Positions 49,601 to 60,581 of a stretch of DNA of 64,000 nucleotides are shown in pieces. The translations under genes and the position numbers were made by a program. The stretch covers positions 9,982,001 through 10,046,000 of the forward strand of contig NC_135262.1 of the NCBI RefSeq assembly GCF_964204865.1. Reading direction: 5' to 3'. A model generated the notes under the pieces. It made no database searches, was not told the DNA's origin, and saw only the letters and a program-made list of their open reading frames with translations. The DNA comes from Styela clava (lineage: Eukaryota). Position 1 is the first letter of the stretch; the number at the start of each line of letters is the position of its first letter.

Positions 49601-51167
49601 AGACCACACATCTCGAGTTCTAATCCCATGTCCCCCACATCACTCAGAGAGCAATAATTTGGAAAATATTTGAAATAAGTTAAATAAAATGACGTGTTTA
49701 TTTCAAAGTTAAACATTTCATCTTGAATTCAAAATCAATTGATTTAACAAGGTTTCTACACTAACATTCATTGGTTTATTGTAGCCTCAGAGAGAATATT
49801 ACGAAAGATCTCAACGAAAAAATCTAGCATATCATTGTGTGATTCAGCTTTGGGGTGTAATTTACCATCAATACATGCACTTCGGCCACAGAGAAGAGTT
49901 GATGTTTTAATTGTCGTTGATTGTGGAAATTATTTGAACGAAAATGAACTGTCTATCGAGGTAGGCTACTTGTTATGTGTTCTAATCAAGCTTAGCTTCC
50001 CACAATTGGTATATATATATATATTGAATATATACAGGAAAACAGTTGAAGGTCATTCAGATAAAGATAATATTCAACTACTTGCTCTTAGAAATTTGTC
50101 ATACTCAAGCCGTCGGCCATTTGTCACTTCATTTTCTTGTGCGTTGCATGTCAAAGTCATTTGAGAAAAGGGGGCTCCCGAAGTATGCGAACCAAGATGG
50201 CGGACATGGGGATTGAAATATGTGTACTAAATTAGGGTTAGGCCATAATTTTAGGTATAAATACTACGGAAGGGTTTTTGGCTAGTCTTCGAACTGATAA
50301 TAGGACTAAAATAAGGAAAATTGAAAAAAAAATTATTGCCTAACCCTAACCTGTTACCCATGTTACGTTCCGATGTCCGCCATCTTGGTTCGCATACTTC
50401 GGGAGCACCGAGAAAAATTAATTGCCGACATCCCATAATCAGAGTCAACGTGCTCTTTAGAATATTCGAATATTATGCCATTGTGCAATATGGAACGGAA
50501 GATATTACAGTTTTTAATTAAGTGAATTTGTGGAAATGTTCTTTTGAAACTTTCTTTTAGCTTTTCGCAACGGTGCAAGCTCAAGCACACGACCATGGAA
50601 TAAAATTTCCAAGAATAAGTATGGAAAAAATTGCAGAAGATCCTTTCAGAGAATGTTATCTTTTTGAAGATGAAGAAGATACGGAATGTCCTGTTGTTCT
50701 CTGGTTTACCTTAGCCAACAAAAAATTTAAAACTCAAAATTCTCCACATAGACGACCGGGATATCCAACGCCCGACGACGTTGGTAAGTAATTATCAAAA
50801 ATATCTCCTGGTTAAAGCCTATAAGCCCTATAATCTATATGGTCGAAGACGATCTATTGTATTGAAAAATATAAATATTTTTTTAGATTCGGGTAAAGAA
50901 ATTTTCAACGACTTCTGTATATTTCCCGAAAATTCGGAATTTGGAACATTGAGATTGCACTTTAGTTCACTCAATTTTGATCGTTTGAGAGAGCTGATGA
51001 GATTTAATATACTGGAAAATGACAAAGTAAGCAACTATAACTCAAAACACTACACAAGTCATGTTTATTTAATAACGACCAAAATTTTGTTTTAGGTGCT
51101 GAGAGAAAAAATAGCATCCAAGGTGGGACAACTGAAACAACGCGATAAAATAACTTCATCGACTTAA
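43666..51167 (+). CDS. PLA2G4A: Cytosolic phospholipase A2, group IV-like (cPLA2-B), ~18 exons, tandem paralogue
   Basis: Exon starts ~43666, 43995, 44580, 44972, 45438, 45774, 46049, 46643, 47149, 47644, 47854, 48238, 48805, 49339, 49785, 50561, 50887, 51096. FDTPDTKVY, NPIWQETFTF, AGGGYRA, GLSGSAW, LCDSALGCNLP, RPQRRVD; exon-by-exon homology with cPLA2-A outside the central variable region. Symbol denotes family only. Confidence 0.9.
50171..50409. mobile_element. Palindromic MITE in cPLA2-B intron
   Basis: Terminal inverted repeats (TIRs) GGGGCTCCCGAAGTATGCGAACCAAGATGGCGGACAT / ATGTCCGCCATCTTGGTTCGCATACTTCGGGAGCACC; flanks gagaaaag/gagaaaaa; internal TAGGGTTAGG / CCTAACCCTA. Confidence 0.85.
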
Positions 51168-51946
51168 CGCGTAAACCCAAATAACATATCTCATTCAGTG
51201 ATCAAGATATAGCAATTTGGGGTTAAAAAGATAACGACTTTAAATACGTATATTGATATTGCTGTATTGCCAATAAATAAAACTTATCCTGGCAAGTAGA
51301 CCCGACCTATAAATACATATATATATATATAGAAATTTAATGCTTTTATTGTGCAAACTAAAATAATTTAGAAATTGAATCAGGAGTGGGAAACACTCGG
51401 AACAATGTTCGCTTAACTTATCTATTCAAATTATATAGATAGCATAATATATTTATTTAGTCTTGACTTGCTTCTCGGTTTATTCTACTCAAAATATAGA
51501 AACTATGTTATGTTCTATTTGATTAAAATATTGCCTAAAATGAACGGGACAATAATAGGGCGTAAGTTATTAGAATTAGTTGAATTTAAAAAATAGTGTT
51601 ACACAGATTTAGTACTAGCATAATATATAACTATGAATTCGAAGGAGCATAATAGTTGTCAATTTGTTCTTATAATTCTGAGATCAAAATTGAATATATA
51701 CAACAGAATATACAAGGTGATGAAAGTAGGCTACTCAGAATGTACATGAAGATGATTATCACTAAAACTTTTTTTTATAAATAACTAACAAATAAACCGG
51801 TAGAATAAAAATATTTGCTCTTTTTGTGGCTTTGCTTACTATTCAATTTTAGTTGTGTTTCCAAAATTTAGGAAGCAATCACATAACTCAACATTTATTT
51901 TGTCCGAAGTTTTGAATGAGTCTCAAAAATCTGCAATTGACTAGGC

Positions 51947-52797
51947 CAGCGTTTCCCAAACTTTTTTGGCCATGGAACACTTACGCTTTTTATCTCACTT
52001 CACGGAACATCAAAAATGAAAGGGTAAAATTGATAAAGAAAAATGGTGTAATGCAGCGGTCCCAAAAGGTGCGCTACTACAATACTAGTTCGCCGCGGCG
52101 AGTTGCCAAATGCGCCGCGAAAACTAACAAAAGTGTATTCAACATACCTAAAATATGATTGAATATTTGTGTATGTATGTCTGAAGAAGTCTGACCTTGG
52201 TCAGACGAAACGTTACAGAAATATATTTGTGTTAGTGTGTAGCAAGACTCTTGAATCACTTAGGATTGTTATCTCTACTCTTGCTACAGCATCCTTGCAA
52301 TATATGCATACGGATCCACCGGCACAAAAGCATAGAAGAAGGATAAGTAGTTAGTCTCGCAGAAACCAAATAATCAGCGAATATTTTGCATATTGCATTT
52401 AAATGTTTATTGCTCCTTATTTTAAATGCTGTGTATCTGAATCAATAAATTCATTTTACCTTTCTTTGTCGTTTACTTTCTATTACGTAGTGTTTGCCTC
52501 TAATGTTACCTAACAATGGAGTTAGAAGTACTTGGTGCAATTTTGCGAGCTGGAGTTCGTTTATCTGCTGAATCGAATTTAGCGAACATGAGTGATTTTT
52601 TCAGCATTTCCTAGTAAAACCAGGCAGAGCTTGAGAAAAAAGAGTTGACCTTTTGCCTTTGTCCGCTTTAGGCCGACCGTGACGCGATATTGAACGGTCG
52701 CCAGTTGTGCGACAACTTCACGATCCCGAGATAATTTTGGTCCCTTTTCCACGGAACACTTGGAAGATGCTCGCGGAACACAGTTTGGGAAACGCTG
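51947..52797. mobile_element. Non-autonomous hAT (Charlie-like) element
   Basis: TIR CAGCGTTTCCCAAACT / AGTTTGGGAAACGCTG; perfect 8-bp TSD GACTAGGC. Confidence 0.92.
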
Positions 52798-53411
52798 GAC
52801 TAGGCTAAAATTAGTAATCAGTACACAGGTAAGTATGTGGTTACGCATTTTAAATCAAAATAATGGTTATGAACACTTACACCATTTGCAATGGTAAAGT
52901 ATAGGAAGATTCATTCTGGGTTGAAGGTCGATGATATCTCCCTAGCAAAAATTTTTTAATTTAGCTCCCTAGCTCATTTCAAATTTTGGTCTTTGACACA
53001 TATCACACTTCTATTTTGAAATCAAAAGCAACGTATTGTTGTTTTCTATTTCAGATGAGTTTTTATTTATCTTCGTTTCTTTTCATTTCATCCCTGTTTA
53101 CTATTTGGTATTAAATTTGAAAATCCCCATAAAATTATTCAGTCTGCCAATCGTTGCACATGAAAGGTTCATAAAATTTGTAAAAGGATAATATTCATAG
53201 GCTTGCTGAATAAATTTCCTTCTATTATGGTTGGGTATATAAGTGTGGCGAGTATATCAAGGGATAGCATTGTTGTGCCTCAAATAAATACAGACATGAC
53301 GCAAAACAAATACAAATATTGAGTGACAAACATTTTTTTATTTCTTTGTCTAGTTTTTTGTTTTGTTTACGAAGTAATATATCTTAGGTTTCTTCCTTTT
53401 CTACTTTCAAT

Positions 53412-54561
53412 TAGAGATGTACCGATACCACTTTTGTCACCGATACCGATACCGATATCAGCTAAAAACGCCGATACCGATACGCCGATACTACAAAAAG
53501 GCCGATATTACCGATATTCCGATACCAATACTATGTAATTATTACTTAGTTAGATGTGCTGTGTGGGGCAGACGGGTTAAAACAATGGTTTTTGAGCCTT
53601 ATTCATAGTACACATTATTTCAGATCGAAAAAAAAAGATATATCACATAATATGAAATTAATGTTTAATATCCATATGCTTTAACTGATTAAGATACATT
53701 GCACAGTAACGCTAGTAATCTCGGTGTTCAATTAGAAAACTCAGAAGCCGGGATGTCCAATTTGAATTTAATGTTAATATCGCGACCTTCGAATATCGTT
53801 ATTCGTGTTTGAAAGAATATCGAATATCACCCACACATTCTAGCGCCGCCGTCCTACGTTCAAATTAAAAGCATTTTACAAATATTTTATTTCGTGGCTA
53901 ATCGAAATCGTCGACGCAATAAGTCAAAGCCAACATGAAAGAATATCAATCAGCACCGACCAAAAGAAGGCCTACCTATAACCGTCGAGGATGTATTTTT
54001 ACTTCACTATTTTATATTATTATACAATTGCTATCATATATTTTGAGACAGTCCAGGGCTAGGCGGTCATATCAATATATCTATAAAGGTATTGTGTAGT
54101 TAAAAAAACTAAAATTAATACCTGCGTAGAGGGATAATTGTGTCGGAATTTAGTTTATCGATGTCGACGGACTAAATGACACTCGTACTTGACGACAAAC
54201 AGTCTATATTTCTTCATAATTACTATGTAATATTATAAATGTCAATATAAAAATTTGACAGCGAAAATAGCCAAATTAGATGAGCTAGTTTGGCTGATAA
54301 ATAGCTAAAAACACGTGCATCCTATTCTCTCGCAAGGGTGGGGACATGTAGGGCTCATAGCTCACGATCTCTCCAGACAAAAAATAAATTAAAAAGTAGT
54401 ATTCCAACTTATCTTTTAAAACATTCTGGACCATATCAAAAAGGTAAATATATCGGAAATATCGGCCTTAATCTAACCGATACCGATACTTGGCCGATAC
54501 CGAAAAAATGGCCGATATTGCCGGTACCGATACCCGATACCGATACATCGGTACATCTCTA
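53412..54561. mobile_element. Non-autonomous hAT (Ac-like TIR) element with subterminal CCGATA arrays
   Basis: TIR TAGAGATGTACCGAT / ATCGGTACATCTCTA; perfect 8-bp TSD CTTTCAAT; many CCGATA repeats near both ends. Confidence 0.92.
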
Positions 54562-55168
54562 CTTTCAATATGTCTCTGTGGTTGTATTATGTGCGCATGT
54601 GAATCAATTTAATCCTTTTAGGTGAGCGAACACGTACATAGTTTGATAACACCTTTCAATCTAAAATCTGTAAGTTTTAAACCATGCTTGAGGTTGTGTT
54701 TGACCCTTCGATTCTGTAATCATTTTTATTCATTAGTTTTTGTCAATTCTTTATCGTCTGTTATGCTAATTATGAAATCGGGATAAACTTATACCGTAAC
54801 TACAATATAACTAGTAGTCTCCATATTTTACGCATAGGAATTATTTCTTTATTATTCCAAGGAGAAATTTACAAACACTGATCTTTATTGATTTTTGAGA
54901 ATGGCGCTGCCGGAATAACGTACTGGTAAAAGTTAGGTTAATTATCGCCTCAGAAGCGCCCATGTATGTCTTCTGATGTGTGAAACGTCTCTGCGTTGAT
55001 CCATATTCACACATGTGTGATATATATTATAAGCAGTGCTATTCAACTGCTGCATATCTGCATATTGTAGGCGACCGAGGTCAAGCAGGGCATCTTGTCC
55101 GACTGGTCAGGCACGACTTCCTGTCAGTGAAAAACATTAACTAGTAAACTGGGTACAGTAAAAAGGGC

Positions 55169-55519
55169 ATGGATGCAGTACACCCGGGTGTAGGATATTC
55201 ATCACTCCGTGAAATAAACTGCACCATCCATTGGTTTCAAGGATGGAGTAAAAACCAAAGAGAATGTTTCATGGAAGATCTTATTGCTAAAGCACTCCCA
55301 GGTAGAATAGACCTGCTTCTGGGTGACCTAAATGGACTTACTATGAAAGACAAGCCTCCTTCATTATATGAGTGTCAGTTGCGACTCTTCAACCAGTGGT
55401 TTCAAGATTGGGATGAGAGTGAAAGGACATTTATGTTAGAAAGACTCGAATCTGCAGATCCATTCTTTGTGTCAACATTCCGTCAAAAAGTCATGATTGC
55501 AAAAAATGTTACCTCATAG
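55169..55519 (+). CDS. C14orf119: C14orf119-like protein (DUF4508 family)
   Basis: Single-exon 116-aa ORF with EINCTIHWFQGWSKNQRECFMEDLIAKALPG...L...KPPSLYECQLRLFNQWFQDW...LE..DP.F, the recognisable family pattern; in-frame stop upstream of the ATG. Confidence 0.85.
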   Translation: MDAVHPGVGYSSLREINCTIHWFQGWSKNQRECFMEDLIAKALPGRIDLLLGDLNGLTMKDKPPSLYECQLRLFNQWFQDWDESERTFMLERLESADPFFVSTFRQKVMIAKNVTS

Positions 55520-55962
55520 TTATGGGTGGGGATGCCCAGTAATACATACTCAATAAAATATGAAATGATAACATATAAAATGTATATTGCCAATATGTAG
55601 CATTGGATACAGTCCTGCAGACATTTCATCTTTTTTGACTTTAAGATAATTTTTATTAATACAAATTAATAATAATGATAAAATTAAGCTATTTCTTGTG
55701 TCGCATTGGTCTTAATAGGCTCTGGTTAAATTTAACATGGAGCACCATCAGCGTTTTGAAAAATTGTTCTTATTATTTATTCTTCATACCCTGTAATGGC
55801 GGGCTTGGTATTAAAGTATGCAAATACTCTCACCATTAATATCAATCATTTTCTTATTAAAGTGCGCTTCAAATTGGGCATCCCTCTCATGTATATTAAA
55901 TGTTTATTTATTTATATCTTGCATTTTATTCCACTAATAATAGTCAAAGCAATAGAAACTAA

Positions 55963-56772
55963 ATGTCAAGAATTTGTCTTAAAATGTGTGGATGCAACTA
56001 TGTCACCAATTCATTAGCAGGTGAGCTGATAAATCAATTTTATGGAAGTGTTCCCTTGCAAAAAATATTTACAAGCAAGAGTAATGTATCAAGCACTTAA
56101 AGTTTACCGTTGTTGTGTAAGAGGACCTGTGAAATTTGATTTACAGAATTGAGTATCAACATACATGCTAGGAGGATGAAATCTTACTACGATTTGCTGG
56201 GGATAAAGATTGGAGCATCCCAGGAAGAGATTAAAGCAGCATTTTATGAGAAATCGAAGAAGCTTCATCCAGATACTAGTCCTTCTACTGGGTCTGATAA
56301 AGATTTCATGGAAATTAAAGATGCATATGAAACACTGAAAAATACAGACTCACGGCAGCGTTACAACCAATTTATACACAGCGATGATAAAGGAGCTCAA
56401 ATTCACTCTCATGTAACCTACCAACATCATCGTGATGGTTTCGATGATTTCATCAGCCGCCAACATTTTAAAGATGGTTACGACAGAAAATACAAGTATG
56501 AAAATGAAGAGAAATTTGATCCAATTTCACTTATATATTTGGGGCTATTCTGTGCTTTAGTGGGAGGCATCATATATGCTGAAAAAACCCGAAGGAAAAA
56601 CCAAGTCACCAAACATGTGAAACGATATCTACCAGAACAAAAACAAGTTGGAAACCATCAACAAATACACTGGGTTGAACAACCAGCTAAAAGAATTCCA
56701 AAGCAAAAGACAATAAAAAATGTCTCAGATCCTCCTCCAAACCCAATATCAGACCTAAGAACATGGAAGTGA
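55963..56772 (+). CDS. DnaJ/Hsp40 class C protein, probably mitochondrial membrane-anchored (DNAJC4/DNAJC30-like)
   Basis: Exon 1 55963-56020 (MSRICLKMCGCNYVTNSLA), intron GTGAG...TTACAG 56021-56146, exon 2 in frame. J-domain YYDLLG...IKAAFYEKSKKLHPD...AYETL; hydrophobic helix LIYLGLFCALVGGIIYA. Confidence 0.85.
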
Positions 56773-57487
56773 AATTTTGTTTCTATTTTTTAAAGAATAA
56801 TAAATAAGTTTACGCACACAAATAAATATATTGGAACATTGGATTCTTTGTCATTCTCATTTAAGGTTGGAGAACAGTAACTTGGACATCTGTAAATAAT
56901 AAAGTAAAAGCAAAAAACATAATGAGGTACATGCTTTAGTTGCATAACTGACCATCTTATAGTGAAGTTATGCGCTACATTTTTGTAACTCGCATGAGTA
57001 ATGTCTCATCTCGGAATTGGTCAGAAATAGTATTCGCTGTAAATCCAAACAATATTTCATACTTTAGGGGGCATGTGCTTTGGAAAAGTTAATATCTGTC
57101 ATTGGACTCATTGCAACAATATGTAAGAATGTTTTACAGTTTTTTAGAATATTCATCTCAAAATAGGGTTTTAAATCTATTTTGAACATATGCTTGCTGA
57201 TGTACCACTACCAATAATATTTGATCCCCAAGTTTTCCCCTATTATTTTCATACATCTTTGTTTTCCCCCTTTAGAATAAAGTGATAGATTTTTTGGATA
57301 ACATTTGATAAACAAAGAATCTTACACATTTATCGTAGCATTGTAGAAATTCAAAAAGTTCTTCAGTACGTTTTTTTTTTCAGTTTGCTCACGGCTATTT
57401 ACTCGACCTTCGCATATAATGAGTTCTTCTATGAGTGAAATACATTCAGGTTTTTGTCCACATTGTTCTTTGATGGATTCCATAGGA

Positions 57488-59247
57488 CAGCGTTTCCCAA
57501 CCTTTTTTGGTCGCGGACTATTTTCTCACCGGCGAAAACCTTTGTGGACGGTGCGTTTATTGCAACTGTACTTTGTACAAGAGTAGTAATAAAACCGAAC
57601 ACAACAGAAATTTAACGAATTTTAAAATCGGAAATTCGCTGCAATTACGCGTTCGTTGAAAGAGCCGACTGTTTTGGTGTATAATAGACTTTTCTGTCGT
57701 ACAATATTCAATCCATGACAACGACGAGAATTTAGAATGTCTTCTTATTTTAACTCAATTGTGTTCATGGTAACTCGCGGTTGCGTTGACTTACGGTTAC
57801 CACTAGATGAAAGAATTACTTCTTTAAAATTCCACGGCCATGTGAACGAACATAATAATGAGAGAATATATAGCCCGATTATTACTTATCGATCTCGATA
57901 AGTATGTTGGTAGATATTTGTCTGTTAGATGCACGCGGTATCTCACGAAAGCGAGGTTGAATCTGCTCCAAATTTTGCATGTGCATTCATCATTTGATTT
58001 TGGATAAATTATGTCGTATAATTAGTGAGTTATTAATTAATTGGTGACAGGACACACGGTGACGCTATGGAGTAAGAGCGGATGAATCAAAACCTCAGTT
58101 TCTGTTTTGGGGGATCCCCTAACTTTCGATCGATAAGACTTCGGTCTCTGACTGATATTCTCGTATTCAGCTTTGATACATATTTTTGCGATCTTGCGAA
58201 TTTGTTATCACCGTTAGAAAAAATCCTACTATAGCTGCTTTAAATTTCCAGAATGTACAACTTAATTTAGTACTTATTAAAAATATATTTAAGTATATTA
58301 GTAAATTAAAAATACATATTCATCGCCTTGAAATTTTCGTGAACAACTTCTGAAGTAATCGTCGCGTATACGTCACTCGTTAAAAGAGCCGACTTTTCAA
58401 GGAGTTTTTCTATTGCACAAAATATTCAATCCATCCATATATATGTGTGATCCATTGAATCTGCGGTTGTGTTGACGAAATAAGAGCAATACTACTCAGA
58501 AAGTACCATGACAATGCGTGGTAAAGTGCCCGATTATATTTTGTTTAGATTCGTTTTTTTTGTGAATTCGACAAATTTGAGCTGTTCGTACAACACTTAC
58601 GGCGCTCCATTACTACTGTACCTGTATGTACCAATGTGGAGGCAGTAAAGCAAAGAATACAAAAGGAAATGCCCTGGTACGTATACTACGGTAGCATAGC
58701 GGTAAATTTTGCGATTCGCAATGTCTAAAAAAGCGTTTTTAATCGGTCGCGGACCGCTTTTCGATTTAGAAAATTTGGGTTGCCACCATTTACACCTACC
58801 AGAAAAAAAATTTATTCCTCGTTTTTCCAACTCGCGAGAAACATCTACTACACTTACAGTATTATCTATCGAAGCGTGTACACTACAGACTCTTGTTTTC
58901 GTCGGAAATCCGCAAGTGAGTTGTGAAATCCAATCGTTTGATTAAGCGATTCGCAAGTGACCTGTCGCGTCACGTGTTACCAACCACGTAAATTTCTATT
59001 CTAATAGTTAAATATTCGAATATATGCCCAGCCCTTCTCAGTAACCAGTAATTATTGACTCGATTAATGTCATGTGAATAAACTGGCTTTTTATGTTTTT
59101 TGTAAATTCTAACGTAAATCGTAACTTGGCTGATCGTTAAGTTCCACAAAAACGATCGGGCCCGCAGTGAATTTTTGGCTCGTTGAGGACTCATTCAAAC
59201 GCTCTGCGGACTCATTTGAGACCGCGGACGCGGGTTGGGAAACACTG
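57488..59247. mobile_element. Non-autonomous hAT (Charlie-like) element inserted in UQCRH exon
   Basis: TIR CAGCGTTTCCCAACC / GGTTGGGAAACACTG; perfect 8-bp TSD CCATAGGA (57480-87, 59248-55); TIR related to the element at 51947. Confidence 0.92.
57880..58164 (+). mobile_element. DINE-1/HINE-like element, copy 2, nested in hAT element
   Basis: 5' ACTTATCGA-tc-TCGATAAGT hairpin/subTIR, shared core, 3' gatcgataag subTIR and terminal hairpin. Confidence 0.78.
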
Positions 59248-60581
59248 CCATAGGATCACAATTTCAATATATTAAATTATACTTAAGCAAGTGGAGGCAC
59301 ACGCACTATTACACCATTGAATATCAGATATATACTGGCTTTTCTACTTGATTGGACCCACTGATTAAAGCATAAATATTAACGATTTGTGGAGAAGTTT
59401 TGAATTTTATGTAGGCTGATCACTTTTCTAGTACAAACTTCTTTACTCCACAAAATCAATAATGAAGTGGGACTGGCTACGAAAACCGCATTTAATCAAA
59501 GTCTTGAAGTGCCAACTAGGTTGTTTCCTGTTTTATTGATGTTCCACTGGAGTACATTGCACAAAAGCAGAGAAAACAAGATAGCAGTGCTCAAATATAT
59601 GGACACATAGACCAGAACAATTCAGTCCTTACCTTTGACGCTACCGGTACCGTCAAAAAATTTCCGAATTTTCAGTAGCAAGCATTTTAAAAGCCTGACA
59701 TGACATGATGTGCCACATCGCCGAGCAGGGTTGCCAGATACCAATGATAAGAAAAAGCCAAATCAAGACGAAAAAAGCCAACAATTTTACCTAGGGTTTT
59801 TAAGTACAAAATCCTCATGGTTTGATGCCATTGGCCCAATAATGGGTTTGCAATATGCTGGTGTAGAGCCATCAGTTTATTTTGTGAGCCACACAAATGT
59901 TTTTCCCCATTGAGAGTTGTATTACCATTTACCAACTTTCATACGAACCATCGGAGCGCAACGGCTGCTGCCAAACAATATTTTCAGCTCAATTTAAAAG
60001 TAAATGCGTCTAAGCCTATACAATCCTATCACTGAAACTTACTGTCTTACCGGACTGGCCATATTAAAAAAGGGATTTGGGCGGAATCGCATTTGCAAAA
60101 AGAAATTATTAGTTTTTCTCTTGTCAAAGTTACTATTGTTTAATCGAGCTGAAAAACCTTAATATCATGAAATTGTAATTTTTATGTAATGTGCCACACA
60201 AACTATAAGCTTAAGATTCCTGATAACTAAAATGACTCCGCTCAGAGACGAGGGCGACTTGATTCTGTTGATGATACCATTTTCACAAACAATAAAATAT
60301 ACCTCTAAAGCATAAAAATAGTTTGTATATTGTTTTGGAAAATACATTCATGGTTAAATCGGCAGCAAAGGACAACGAACAAAAAAGGAAACTGGACTGA
60401 ATTTTATTTCTACACATTAATACAAAAGCTATAGAATCGATATATGTAAAGAATAATTCGCGCCGAGTCTCATGTATTCAAGCTTCTGCCATGATTAACC
60501 ACTCAGAACGCAGAAACGTTCTTGCAACTGAAAAGCAATTAAACGAAATTTTGTCAGGGGCATTCGTCGTTAAATCCACAG

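Larger units (their letters stand above)
56857..59257 (-). pseudogene. UQCRH: Cytochrome b-c1 complex subunit 6 (hinge protein) gene, disrupted
   Basis: Removing the hAT insert gives DPMESIKEQCGQKPECISLIEELIICEGRVNSREQTE(A-run frameshift)RTEELFEFLQCYDKC, a GTAAG donor after 57326, and a last exon 56889-56857 MSKLLFSNLK*. This matches the UQCRH pattern DP...EQC...C...C..RV.SR..TEE.CTEELF.FL...D.C|....LF..LK. Confidence 0.85.

Noticed and set aside
53417-54625. Pro/Ile/Asp-Thr-rich ORFs
   Set aside because: Translations of the CCGATA subterminal repeats of the hAT element.
56938-56983. Hairpin followed by ACA (H/ACA snoRNA or miRNA-like)
   Set aside because: Single short hairpin, no H box or second hairpin, and ACA lies on the strand opposite to the host intron.
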